Below, piece after piece: positions 41,947 to 50,450 of a stretch of DNA of 64,000 nt. The position numbers and the translations under genes are program-made. Position 1 is the stretch's first letter; each line of letters starts with the position of its first letter. Origin of the DNA: Devosia sp. (lineage in GTDB: Bacteria > Pseudomonadota > Alphaproteobacteria > Rhizobiales > Devosiaceae); NCBI GenBank assembly GCA_030680995.1, contig JAUXUM010000082.1, positions 1,392-65,391 of the forward strand. The letters are read 5' to 3'. The notes under the pieces are model-generated. The model worked only from the letters and a program-made list of their open reading frames with translations. It ran no database searches and was not told the DNA's origin.

Positions 41947-44501
41947 TGCGGGGTTTTTGGACGGCTATCCGCATCGGCCTTCTGGACATGCGCGGCGATA
42001 TGCACCGCTTTGGCCTTCTTGTCGCCTGTCTTGCCGTTGGCACCGCCCTGATTGCGGGCGTCAGTTCGGTCGGCACGAGCATAAGGCAGGCGGTCGAGCG
42101 GGACGCCGCGGCGTTGATGGGCGGCGATCTCGAACTTTCGCGGGCCGATCGGGGGGCGACCGACGGGGAGCTGGCGCTCTTGGCAACGTTCGGGCGGGTG
42201 TCGAACGTCATCGACACCAACGTCCGCGCCGAGGCGGGCGAACGCGATGCCTTTGTCGATCTGGTATCGATCGGAGAGACCTACCCACTGCTCGGGCAGA
42301 TCGACAGTCCCGAACTGCCGGCCGGCGAGACGCCATTCGAATTCCTGTCCGAGCGCGAGGGAGTCTATGGCGCCCTCGTCGATCCGCTCATGCTCGACCA
42401 GCTTGGCATAACGGTCGGCGACACGCTGAGGATCGGGGGCACCCCCTTCGAGGCGCGAGGCGCCCTGCGCGGGCTGCCCGATGCTCCGGTTCGCGGGTTC
42501 AGGCTCGGCCTCCCCGCGGTCATCACCATCGAAGCCCTCGCCCATCTTGGCGATCGGACCTCGCCCCTGCCGGGACTTGGCACCTTCTTCCGCTACAAGC
42601 TGCTGCTCGACGGACTCGATGCCGAAGCCGGCAGAGTGGCGGTCGAGACAGCCCTGGCCGATCCCAGCTGGACGGCGCGCACGGCCCGCGACGGGCTGGG
42701 GCCGATGGTGCGCTACTACGACCTGTTCATGCGCTTCCTGGTGATCGTCGGCCTGGCCTCGTTGCTGATCGGCGGCGTCAGTGTCTGGACCGGCATATCC
42801 GCCTATGTCGCCGAGCGGGCCAATGTCATCGCCATCCTGCGCAGCATGGGTGCGGGCAAGGCCCGCATCTTTCTGCATTTCTTCTCCCAGGTTGCTGCCC
42901 TTGCCGCCATCGGGGTCGGCACAGGGCTTCTGGCCGGCGCCAGCATGGCGCTGCTGGCGCTGCCGATCGTGGGCCAGGCAGTCGGGGTCAACCTTCCCCC
43001 GACGCTGCACGTCCAGCCTTTGCTGGTTGCGGCGGGCGTCGGCCTGCTCACCGCCTTCGCCTTCTCCTACCTGCCTTTGCAGCAGGCCCAGAGCATCAGT
43101 CCGGTGACCCTGTTCCGCTCGAAGGGCCTGGCGGCTCCGCCCATCGACTGGCGCGCGCTGTTCGGTTCGCTCCAGATCGCGCCGCTCATCCTGTCGGCGG
43201 CGGGCATTATCTGGCTCGCCGTCATCATGACCAACGATCCGATGCTGGTGGCCGCCTTCGCCCTGGTGAGCGTGCTGGCGGTGGTGCTGTTCAGGATTGC
43301 TCTTGCCATCGCCAGCTACGCGCTCGGGCGCCTGCCCGAACCGAAGAACCGTGTCCTGCGCTACGCCTTGCGCGACATTTCGGGCTCAGGTTCGAACGCC
43401 CCGTCCGTCGTCGTCTCGGTCGGTTTGGCCCTGGCCATGCTGGTGGTGGTCCTCGTGCTCGAGGTCAATCTGCGCAACGAGTATCTTGGGGCCTCGGTGT
43501 TCGATGCGCCGACGCTCGTCGCGTCCGACCTCTTCGACGATGAAGTCGAAGCCCTCGAGGCCCTCAAGAACGACGGGGGCGATATTACCCGCTTCACCGC
43601 AACGCCCATGCTGCGCGGCGCCCTGACGGCGGTCAACGGAACCCCCGCCGGCGCGCTGCGGCCCCGTGGCCCGGAAGCCTCGTTCCTGTTGTCGGGCGAA
43701 GTTCCCCTCACCTTCCGGCAGGAATTGCCGTCAACCTCCAGGCTCGTCGCGGGCCAATGGTGGCCGGCCGGCTATCAGGGCCCCGCATTGGTGTCGCTGC
43801 ATCAAAGCCTGCGCTCGGGCCTGGGCGTAGACATCGGCGACCAGCTGACCTTCACCATTTTCGGGGAGGACATCAGCGCTGAAGTCGCCAACTTCCGCGA
43901 CTATTCCTGGCAGGGCGGGATCGATTTCCTCGCCACCTTCTCTCCCGGCGTTCTCGAAGCCTACCCCGCGACGCTTCTGGGCGCGGTCACGGCGGCGCCC
44001 GGCCGCGAGGAAGCCGTCGAACGCCATCTGGCCGGGGCATTCCCCGATGTGCGATACATTGCCATTTGCGAAACGCTCGAGCAGATCACGGCCGCGCTGG
44101 GCCAGCTTTCCCTTGCCGCGTCGCTGGTGGGAGGCCTTGCGGTCGGCAACGGCCTCCTGGTCCTGGTCGGCAGCCTTGCGACCGGTCGCCGGCAGCGCCA
44201 GGCCGATGCGGTGATCACCAAGGTCCTCGGCGCGAAGCGCATCGAAGTGCTTGCGGTTTCCGTCGTGCACTACTTGCTGCTTGCGGCCTCCGCCGCCCTG
44301 GTCGCAAACCCGCTCGGAATCGCTCTTGCGTGGATTCTGACGATGGTGCTGCTCGAGGTCGATTTCACGCTCGATGCGATTACGCTCGCCGCCGTCGATG
44401 TCGGAGCGATCGCCATCACCGGCCTGCTCGGGGCCACGACAATCTTGAGGGCACTGTCGCCGCGGCCCGCGCTTCTTCTGCGCGAGCTTGGCGCCGAATA
44501 G
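41946..44501 (+). CDS. FtsX-family ABC permease (YbbP-like, duplicated FtsX domains)
   Basis: 851 aa with multiple TM blocks and large periplasmic loops. Overlaps the ATPase stop. Confidence 0.8.
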   Translation: MRGFWTAIRIGLLDMRGDMHRFGLLVACLAVGTALIAGVSSVGTSIRQAVERDAAALMGGDLELSRADRGATDGELALLATFGRVSNVIDTNVRAEAGERDAFVDLVSIGETYPLLGQIDSPELPAGETPFEFLSEREGVYGALVDPLMLDQLGITVGDTLRIGGTPFEARGALRGLPDAPVRGFRLGLPAVITIEALAHLGDRTSPLPGLGTFFRYKLLLDGLDAEAGRVAVETALADPSWTARTARDGLGPMVRYYDLFMRFLVIVGLASLLIGGVSVWTGISAYVAERANVIAILRSMGAGKARIFLHFFSQVAALAAIGVGTGLLAGASMALLALPIVGQAVGVNLPPTLHVQPLLVAAGVGLLTAFAFSYLPLQQAQSISPVTLFRSKGLAAPPIDWRALFGSLQIAPLILSAAGIIWLAVIMTNDPMLVAAFALVSVLAVVLFRIALAIASYALGRLPEPKNRVLRYALRDISGSGSNAPSVVVSVGLALAMLVVVLVLEVNLRNEYLGASVFDAPTLVASDLFDDEVEALEALKNDGGDITRFTATPMLRGALTAVNGTPAGALRPRGPEASFLLSGEVPLTFRQELPSTSRLVAGQWWPAGYQGPALVSLHQSLRSGLGVDIGDQLTFTIFGEDISAEVANFRDYSWQGGIDFLATFSPGVLEAYPATLLGAVTAAPGREEAVERHLAGAFPDVRYIAICETLEQITAALGQLSLAASLVGGLAVGNGLLVLVGSLATGRRQRQADAVITKVLGAKRIEVLAVSVVHYLLLAASAALVANPLGIALAWILTMVLLEVDFTLDAITLAAVDVGAIAITGLLGATTILRALSPRPALLLRELGAE

Positions 44502-44518
44502 CGCGCGCCGATGCGCCC

Positions 44519-44716
44519 GAGCGGCCACGGCTCGACTGTTTCGTAGCCTATATGCGGCGCCATCGGCTTTTCGCCGCAGGCCAGCCATTTCCAGAAATCG
44601 GGATAGAACGGAATTCTTGGAAACTCGCGCTTGAGGTTGAGCGCGTATTTTTCGCGGTAGAGCGGGTCGTGCGGCACGCCATAGACGTAGTGGAAGATAT
44701 CGTCCTCGGTGAGCTG
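44519..44716 (-). pseudogene. remnant of the C-terminal domain of a Type ISP-like restriction-modification enzyme
   Basis: The segment QLTEDDIFHYVYGVPHDPLYREKYALNLKREFPRIPFYPDFWKWLACGEKPMAPHIGYETVEPWPL matches the recalled Type_ISP_C signature (DIFyYiYavLHsp.YRe.Ya.nLk.e.PRIP...FW). There is no upstream methylase or helicase part. The remnant abuts the ftsX-like stop. Confidence 0.5.
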
Positions 44717-44727
44717 GCGCTTCCTCC

Positions 44728-44750
44728 CTTCTCCCCTTGAGGGAGAAGGA
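44728..44750. repeat. REP-like hairpin CCTTCTCCC-cttga-GGGAGAAGG
   Basis: 9-bp perfect stem read directly. Related CCCCTTGCGGGAGA...GGGTGAGGGGTC elements occur at 52144-52195 and 55126-55226. Confidence 0.6.
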
Positions 44751-44768
44751 AGACCGGCGCCCGCCTCG

Positions 44769-44845
44769 TCCCCTCGCACTTCCACGTCGCCCCGGCGATG
44801 GGCACGCGCGTGCTGGACGAGCCGTTGCCGGGGAACCGGAGGTAG
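44769..44845 (+). repeat. 77-nt repeat, copy 2
   Basis: About 80% identical to 40141-40217, same orientation. Sits at the left border of island 1. Confidence 0.7.
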
Positions 44846-44883
44846 GGGATAGGGCGGTGCACAGTTTTAAATGTGCCCGCGTG

Positions 44884-45297
44884 CTATTCTAAGAATTCAA
44901 GGAGCCTTTCGCCCAGTGCCTCTATGTCTTTGGTCTCACACTCCCACACAACAAGGACCTGCCAGCCCATTTCTATCAAGGTGAGGCGGACGCGCTCGTC
45001 GCGCTCTACATTGGTTCGAAGTTTGTTGTTCCAGTAGTCGAGTCGGGTTTTCGGTGCTCTTCCGTCAAGACAACCTGTCTTGTCATGCTGATGCCAAAAG
45101 CAACCATGTACAAAGATGACCTTCCGCCTTGATCCGAAGACGATGTCCGGCTTCCCGGGTAGCCCTTTCTTGTGAAGGCGATAGCGGTAGCCCTTGCAAT
45201 GCAGCCATTTCCGGACACGCAATTCGGGCAGCATATCCCTTGAACGGATAGCCGCCATATTTCTCGATCGCTCAAAGGGGGTCAGCCGATCAGCCAC
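44884..45297 (-). CDS. vsr: very-short-patch repair endonuclease Vsr
   Basis: 137 aa with RSRNMAAIRSRD..PE, GYRYRLH, GKPDIVF and FVHGCFWH motifs. Overlaps the upstream REase stop. Confidence 0.9.
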   Translation of the reverse strand: MADRLTPFERSRNMAAIRSRDMLPELRVRKWLHCKGYRYRLHKKGLPGKPDIVFGSRRKVIFVHGCFWHQHDKTGCLDGRAPKTRLDYWNNKLRTNVERDERVRLTLIEMGWQVLVVWECETKDIEALGERLLEFLE

Positions 45298-46159
45298 GGC
45301 GTTTGAAGAACCGGCTTTCAGCTACGATGGCCCGATCGGCCTGCGTCATTTTGTGCGCAATGTGCTCGTCAGACTCACATTGAGGAAGCCCGAATGCAGC
45401 AATCAGTGAATTGTGATATGCACCCGACAGCAATGCAATACCATCATCGAATAACTGGTCTCGCGCACCGTGATTACCTCGCAGCCGCTTCATGTAGTCC
45501 CGCTGATCGAACAATAACGACTGCACAACTGATCGATGGACTGGATGGTCCAGATTCTCTCTGAAGAAACTTGCGGCACGGAGTGAACCACCTCGCAGCT
45601 TCCTTAGCTCCCTGAATCTTGCCATGTCGATACCTACCCAGCGGCTGTCAGGAAGGCGCTCTTTCTCTATCAGCCAGCGGATGTGCGCTCGGGCGCTTGC
45701 GCTGACAGATCGCTTGGTATCTCGGTTTTCGCCCGGTCGCAGGTATTCGGGCTTCGCTACCATTAGTCCGACCGAACAGTGGCCGAGGGCGTCAGCTATC
45801 AGGAACAAAAGTACAGGTTCCGAGTTCCGGTAAGTCTCCGGCGGAATGGTCCACGTCGTTCCAACCGTGTTTTTGATGTCTACGTCGATGCCATCAATCG
45901 ACAAGTCCCGAATGCCCTTTGGCACATCGATGAAGTCTCGAAAGAAGTGCTCAACTTTCAATCCGACAAAGGTTTTTTCAACATTGTCGAGGTCAACGAT
46001 ACGAGTTCGAGCGGTTCTAACCGGATCTATGACGAAATCTATCGCATCTTGAACGATTTCGGGCATACGAAACCGAAGCCGCTCAACACCACCCGCTCGC
46101 CGCACGATTGCTTCGGCGATTGGTTCCAATATATCGTAGTCAGGGTGTGATCTGTCCAC
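45290..46159 (-). CDS. Type II restriction endonuclease, NaeI-family-like
   Basis: Three segments parallel recalled NaeI blocks: VEKTFVGLKVEHFFRDF..IDGIDVDIKNTVGTTWTIPPE, ENRDTKRSVSASARAHIRWL and DQRDYMKRLRGNHGARD (NaeI: TEKTHMGTLVE..VDCKF..W.LPPE; NRD.K; DDFMKRVRG.GGAR). Lies between the C5-MTase and vsr. Confidence 0.65.
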   Translation of the reverse strand: MDRSHPDYDILEPIAEAIVRRAGGVERLRFRMPEIVQDAIDFVIDPVRTARTRIVDLDNVEKTFVGLKVEHFFRDFIDVPKGIRDLSIDGIDVDIKNTVGTTWTIPPETYRNSEPVLLFLIADALGHCSVGLMVAKPEYLRPGENRDTKRSVSASARAHIRWLIEKERLPDSRWVGIDMARFRELRKLRGGSLRAASFFRENLDHPVHRSVVQSLLFDQRDYMKRLRGNHGARDQLFDDGIALLSGAYHNSLIAAFGLPQCESDEHIAHKMTQADRAIVAESRFFKRRG

Positions 46160-46174
46160 AGAAATCCGCGCAAT

Positions 46175-47143
46175 TCAGGCCAAGGCTCGCACCGCGAATA
46201 TAGTGCGACGCTCCACGGCTGTTCTTAGCCGTTTCGCCACAGCCTCCGCAACCGGTGGTGGAAAGGCGTTGCCAACCTGCCGATAGGCAGCTGTCTTACG
46301 CCCATGAAAATGCCACTCATCGTCGAATCCTTGAATCCGTGCTGCCATTCGAACGGTTAGGCGTGGCATCCCCACAAAGTCCCAGTCGGGCGCTTCTTCG
46401 GCAATCGATCTTCCATCAACGCCAAGTGAGGCCCACGCCTTACGCGCTCTCGTCGGTCCAAGGTCCGGTCCGCCATGCTTCTTGCTTCCACCCACCAGAG
46501 TTGGGGCGATTTCGTTGGCTTGGATGATCCAGCGGCGAGCACGTATCCAGCCTCTTTCCGCCATTAGATCACCTATCGCCTGACCGACGGTAGGCGCGTC
46601 ATGCGGCATCGGCGTTGGCCATTCGAAGGCGTCTTTTATGTCGTTTCTAAGCGCAACTATCACGACGCGTGGCCGCAATTGGGGCACGCCGAAATCTGAC
46701 GCATTTAGAAGTCGCCAGTGTGTCTCATATCCCAGCTTGGCAAGCGCACCCTTAATGAAACCTCGGTAATCCTCAAAGACCGCATCAAGGAAGCCCCGAA
46801 CATTTTCGATCATAACAGCTTTGGGTCTTGTCTCATCGACAAGGCGAATGGCAGCGGGGAATAGATTTCTCTCATCGTCTGCACCAAGCTGCTTTCCTGC
46901 TATCGAAAAGGGCGGGCATGGCAGACCGCCAGCAAGCAGATCGACACCCCTGTAACCAGTGCCGTCAAACTGATTCAAATCTTGCTCATGGATCGTCCAG
47001 TCCGGCCTGTTGAGACGGAGAGTCTTGCAGCAGTCGGCGTCAAGCTCGACGGCGCCCTTGTGGGAGAACCCGGCTAGTTCAAGTCCCCGCGCCTGGCCGC
47101 CAGCTCCAGCGCAAACTTCAAGTGAAGAAAGATTTCCCGTCAT
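46175..47143 (-). CDS. DNA (cytosine-5)-methyltransferase
   Basis: Motif I CAGAGG, IV GLPCPPFS, VI ENVRG, VIII QLRPRV, X GNAFPPPV. Confidence 0.9.
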   Translation of the reverse strand: MTGNLSSLEVCAGAGGQARGLELAGFSHKGAVELDADCCKTLRLNRPDWTIHEQDLNQFDGTGYRGVDLLAGGLPCPPFSIAGKQLGADDERNLFPAAIRLVDETRPKAVMIENVRGFLDAVFEDYRGFIKGALAKLGYETHWRLLNASDFGVPQLRPRVVIVALRNDIKDAFEWPTPMPHDAPTVGQAIGDLMAERGWIRARRWIIQANEIAPTLVGGSKKHGGPDLGPTRARKAWASLGVDGRSIAEEAPDWDFVGMPRLTVRMAARIQGFDDEWHFHGRKTAAYRQVGNAFPPPVAEAVAKRLRTAVERRTIFAVRALA

Positions 47144-47362
47144 TCGACCCCCACAATGCCCGAATCAATCGACGGCACAAACCAAGAACAAATTACCCGT
47201 TCGGATAGTGGCGCGCAATCAAAACCTGTCCGCCCCAAACAGCTACGTACGCATTCTTCCCGAGGCCGCCGCGCCGCGTCGGACGGGCTCGTCCCGCTGG
47301 CTTATCCCCCACCCCTTCTCGCGCCCCTACACTCCGCCGCAACCCCACTGCACGGAGTACCC

Positions 47363-47750
47363 ATGTCCGACACACCTGACCCCGCCCCCGACCCGCGCCA
47401 TCGCTGGCCGTCGCGCGCCATGGTGCGCTTCGGCGAGACGGCGGACGGGCTCAAAGCGATGATGAAGGAGGTGGGCCGACACCTGCGACCGGCAGAAGCC
47501 GGTGGAGCGGCGCCATGTCGTGCGCGCCGCGGCGCTGCTCGGCGAAGTCCGGCGCCTGCTCTCGCGCAGCTCGTTCTACGCCGAGATCGAGCCGCTGCAC
47601 CCCGAGGCCAATGTGGTGCCGGGCGACCTCTACATCCGCCTGCTCAAATCGCGGCATTTCCTCGCGCTCTACACCCGCGACATCGAGTTATCCCCCTGGT
47701 GCCCACGCCGTAGCGGGGTGCGCCTGTCCCTTCGCCGGGCGAGGCAGTGA
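47363..47750 (+). pseudogene. hypothetical gene with an apparent +1/-1 frame break near 47480-47500
   Basis: An ATG with a GGAG SD gives MSDTPDPAPDPRHRWPSRAMVRFGETADGLKAMMKEVGRHL. The protein-like sequence then continues only in another frame (VERRHVVRAAALLGEVRRLLSRSSFYAEIEPLHPEANVVPGDLYIRLLKSRHFLALYTRDIEL). The original frame turns Arg/Ala/Pro-rich. Confidence 0.3.
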
Positions 47751-47973
47751 CGAGCTGCCGGCGACCGGCGTCTTTGCCATGCCGGTCGCACCGGCGAGGC
47801 GAAGCCTCACCTTGCTGCGGACCACCCGCTCGAGGCCCAGCCTCGCCGGAGCCGCTTCACTACCCCCGCAACCGATAGGCGAAAGCCGAGGCGGCGTCTT
47901 GGCATGTGTGGAGGAAGGGAACAGCGTGCGGCCCACCCATTTGCCATCACCCACAGATCCGTCACCCCCGGGC

Positions 47974-47996
47974 GACCCCCGGACTTGATCCGGGGG
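47974..47996. repeat. REP-like hairpin GACCCCCGGACTTGATCCGGGGG
   Basis: Exact 23-nt reverse-complement copy at 55244-55266. Stem CCCCGGA/TCCGGGG. Confidence 0.75.
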
Positions 47997-48150
47997 GAGA
48001 CCTCGGGGGCCCAGCCGCGCGACGTCCGTCGCGAGAGAGAATGGTCTTTGGCGCCGCCGACGCGGCGCCGCTGGGTCCTCGGCTCTCGCCAAGGCTCGGC
48101 CGAGGATGACGGTCCGTGGCTGGGGTCCGCCGATAGCGGCCCGACATCCC

Positions 48151-49344
48151 CTACTTCACGCTCCCCGACAGCAGCCCGCGCACGAAATAGCGCTGCAGCG
48201 AGAAGAAGACGATGAGCGGCACGACGATGGTGATGAAGGCGCCGGCGGTGAGAATTTCCCAGTTGTTGCCGCGCGAGCCGAGCAGGCTCACCAGCTTGCC
48301 GGTCAAGACCAGCTTGCTCTCCTGGGCGCCCAGGAACACCATGGCCACCAGCAGATCGTTCCACACCCAGAGGAACTGGAAGATCGAGAACGAGGCGAGC
48401 GCCGGGAAGCTCAGCGGCAGCACCATGCCGGTGAAGATCTTGAAGTGGGAGGCGCCGTCGATGCGGGCCGATTCCATGATCTCCTTGGGCAGCCCCGCCA
48501 TGTAGTTGCGCAACAGGTAGATGGCGAGCGGCAGCCCGAAGGCGGTATGGGCCAGCCAGATGCCGAGATAGGTCTTGCCGTCCTCGGCGCCGAAGGCGTT
48601 GGCGATGCCGTTATAGAGGCTGAGCAGCGGGATCAGCGACATTTGCAGCGGCACCACCAGCAGCCCCACCACCAGGGCGACGATTGGCCCGCGGAAGGGG
48701 AAGCGCATCCAGGCCAGGGCATAGGCGGCGAAGGCTGCCATCAGGATGGGGATGATGGTCGCCGGTATGGTGACGGTGAAGGAATTGATGAAGGAGCGGC
48801 CGACCCCGGCGGCGGTCAGCACCTCGATGTAATTGTCCACGGTGAAGCGCGGCGCGATATTGGCCACGTAGAAGACGCGCGGCCCGCGGGTGTGGGTGAA
48901 GGCGGCGTCCGAGACCCATTCGAAGCCGCCGTCGGCCGCGACGGTGATGGCGCCGCCGTCGGCCATCGGCAGGCTCTGGCCGGCGGCGGCGGCGGCCGGG
49001 GCGGCGTTGGAGAGCCCGAAGCTTTCGATGGCTTTGTTGGTGTCGGTGCCGAACAGATTGCCGCGGATGACGAAGCGGCCGCCCTCCTCGATCTGCATTT
49101 CGGCGGTGCCGACGCGGGTGACGCCCTGGGTGACCGAGGTGGTGAGCGCCGTCCACCAGCCGGAGACCGCGAGCTGATCCTTGTCGCGCAGCGACGAGAT
49201 CAGCAGGCCCGCCGTCGGGAAGGTCCAGAGCGCCACCAGCAGCAGCAGCGAGAGATGGGCGAGGAGCTTGCCCATGTCGACGCGGGCAAGCCAGCCAGGC
49301 GCGGGGCGCGGGAGTTCGCGGGCTCTGTCGACGGCGGCGGTCAT
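48151..49344 (-). CDS. carbohydrate ABC transporter permease (CUT1, MalG-like, with a long periplasmic loop)
   Basis: The start MTAAVDRA at 49344 overlaps the upstream stop (ATGA). C-terminal EAA-loop-type region ESARIDGAS..F. Confidence 0.8.
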   Translation of the reverse strand: MTAAVDRARELPRPAPGWLARVDMGKLLAHLSLLLLVALWTFPTAGLLISSLRDKDQLAVSGWWTALTTSVTQGVTRVGTAEMQIEEGGRFVIRGNLFGTDTNKAIESFGLSNAAPAAAAAGQSLPMADGGAITVAADGGFEWVSDAAFTHTRGPRVFYVANIAPRFTVDNYIEVLTAAGVGRSFINSFTVTIPATIIPILMAAFAAYALAWMRFPFRGPIVALVVGLLVVPLQMSLIPLLSLYNGIANAFGAEDGKTYLGIWLAHTAFGLPLAIYLLRNYMAGLPKEIMESARIDGASHFKIFTGMVLPLSFPALASFSIFQFLWVWNDLLVAMVFLGAQESKLVLTGKLVSLLGSRGNNWEILTAGAFITIVVPLIVFFSLQRYFVRGLLSGSVK

Positions 49345-50366
49345 CAGCGGGTCCCTTCTTCCGCGTTGGCGCGCCGGATGTTCCAGATCATGATCGGGAG
49401 CACCGCCAGCATGATGATCACGGCGATGGTCGAGCCGCGCCCGTAGTCGAAATTGACGAACATCCACTTGAACATGAGGTTGGCCAGCACCTCGGTGTCC
49501 CACTGGCCGTTGGTCATGGCGAAGATGATGTCGAACACCTTGAGCACGACGATGGTGATGGTGGTCCAGACCACCACGATGGTGCCCCGGATCTGGGGGA
49601 TCATGATGCCGAAGAAGATCTGGAAATCGTTGGCGCCGTCGATGCGGGCAGCCTCCAGCGTCTCCTCGGGAATGCCGCGCAGCGCGGCCGAGAGGATGAC
49701 CATGGCGAAGCCGGTCTGGATCCAGATCAGGATCACCATCAGAAGGATCGAGTTCCAGAACGGGATGGTGATCCAGGCCTGCGGCGGCAGGCCCAGGCCG
49801 GTGACGACGGCGTTGAGCAGGCCGATCTGCTCGGCGCCCTCGGCGCGGTAGTCATAGACGAATTTCCAGATCACCGAGGCGCCGACGAAGGAGATCGCCA
49901 TCGGCATGAACACCAGCGATTTGGCGATATTGCCCCACCAGAGCCGGTCGGCCAGCACCGCGATCACCAGCCCGAAGGCGGTGGCGAAGGAGGGCACGAC
50001 GATCAGCCAGACGATGTTGTTGACGATCGAGCGCTGGAAATTGCCGTCGCCGAGGGCCCAGAAATAGTTGGAGAAGCCGATGAAGGTCCTGCCGGTCTTG
50101 TCGAACAGGCTCAGCCGGAAGGTCTCGATCACCGGATAGATCAGATAGACCGAGAGGAACAGCAGCGCCGGGAGCAGGAACAGCCAGGGGCGGATCCGGC
50201 TGCGCAGATTGTCGCGCCGGGTGATTTCGCGGCCGGACATCCGCGTGCCGGTGCCGAGCACCTTGTCGAGCAGCCAGTTGCTGCCCCAGAAGTAGGCGAC
50301 GGCCCCGCCCAGCGCGATGGCGATGGCGAATACGGCGCCGACCACCTGCTGCACAATATCGCTCAT
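49344..50366 (-). CDS. carbohydrate ABC transporter permease (CUT1, MalF-like)
   Basis: 340 aa with the EAARIDGANDFQIF EAA loop. Confidence 0.85.
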   Translation of the reverse strand: MSDIVQQVVGAVFAIAIALGGAVAYFWGSNWLLDKVLGTGTRMSGREITRRDNLRSRIRPWLFLLPALLFLSVYLIYPVIETFRLSLFDKTGRTFIGFSNYFWALGDGNFQRSIVNNIVWLIVVPSFATAFGLVIAVLADRLWWGNIAKSLVFMPMAISFVGASVIWKFVYDYRAEGAEQIGLLNAVVTGLGLPPQAWITIPFWNSILLMVILIWIQTGFAMVILSAALRGIPEETLEAARIDGANDFQIFFGIMIPQIRGTIVVVWTTITIVVLKVFDIIFAMTNGQWDTEVLANLMFKWMFVNFDYGRGSTIAVIIMLAVLPIMIWNIRRANAEEGTR

Positions 50367-50450
50367 GGACTGCCTCTCCCCGCGAGTCCCGCCTCAGTCT
50401 TGCGGAAGCCCGGCGCCGCGGCGCCGGACTCCCTTGCGCGCCATGTCGAA

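Noticed and set aside
48049-48068. Hairpin GGCGCCGC-cgac-GCGGCGCC downstream of the CUT1 operon as a rho-independent terminator.
   Set aside because: The GC stem is perfect, but there is no U-tract on the relevant (minus) strand. It may simply be part of the REP cluster.
47688-48364. Several 60-185-aa ORFs on both strands between island 1 and the ABC permease.
   Set aside because: They run through REP-like hairpin clusters, with the Pro/Gly/Arg-rich translations typical of repeat-derived pseudo-ORFs.
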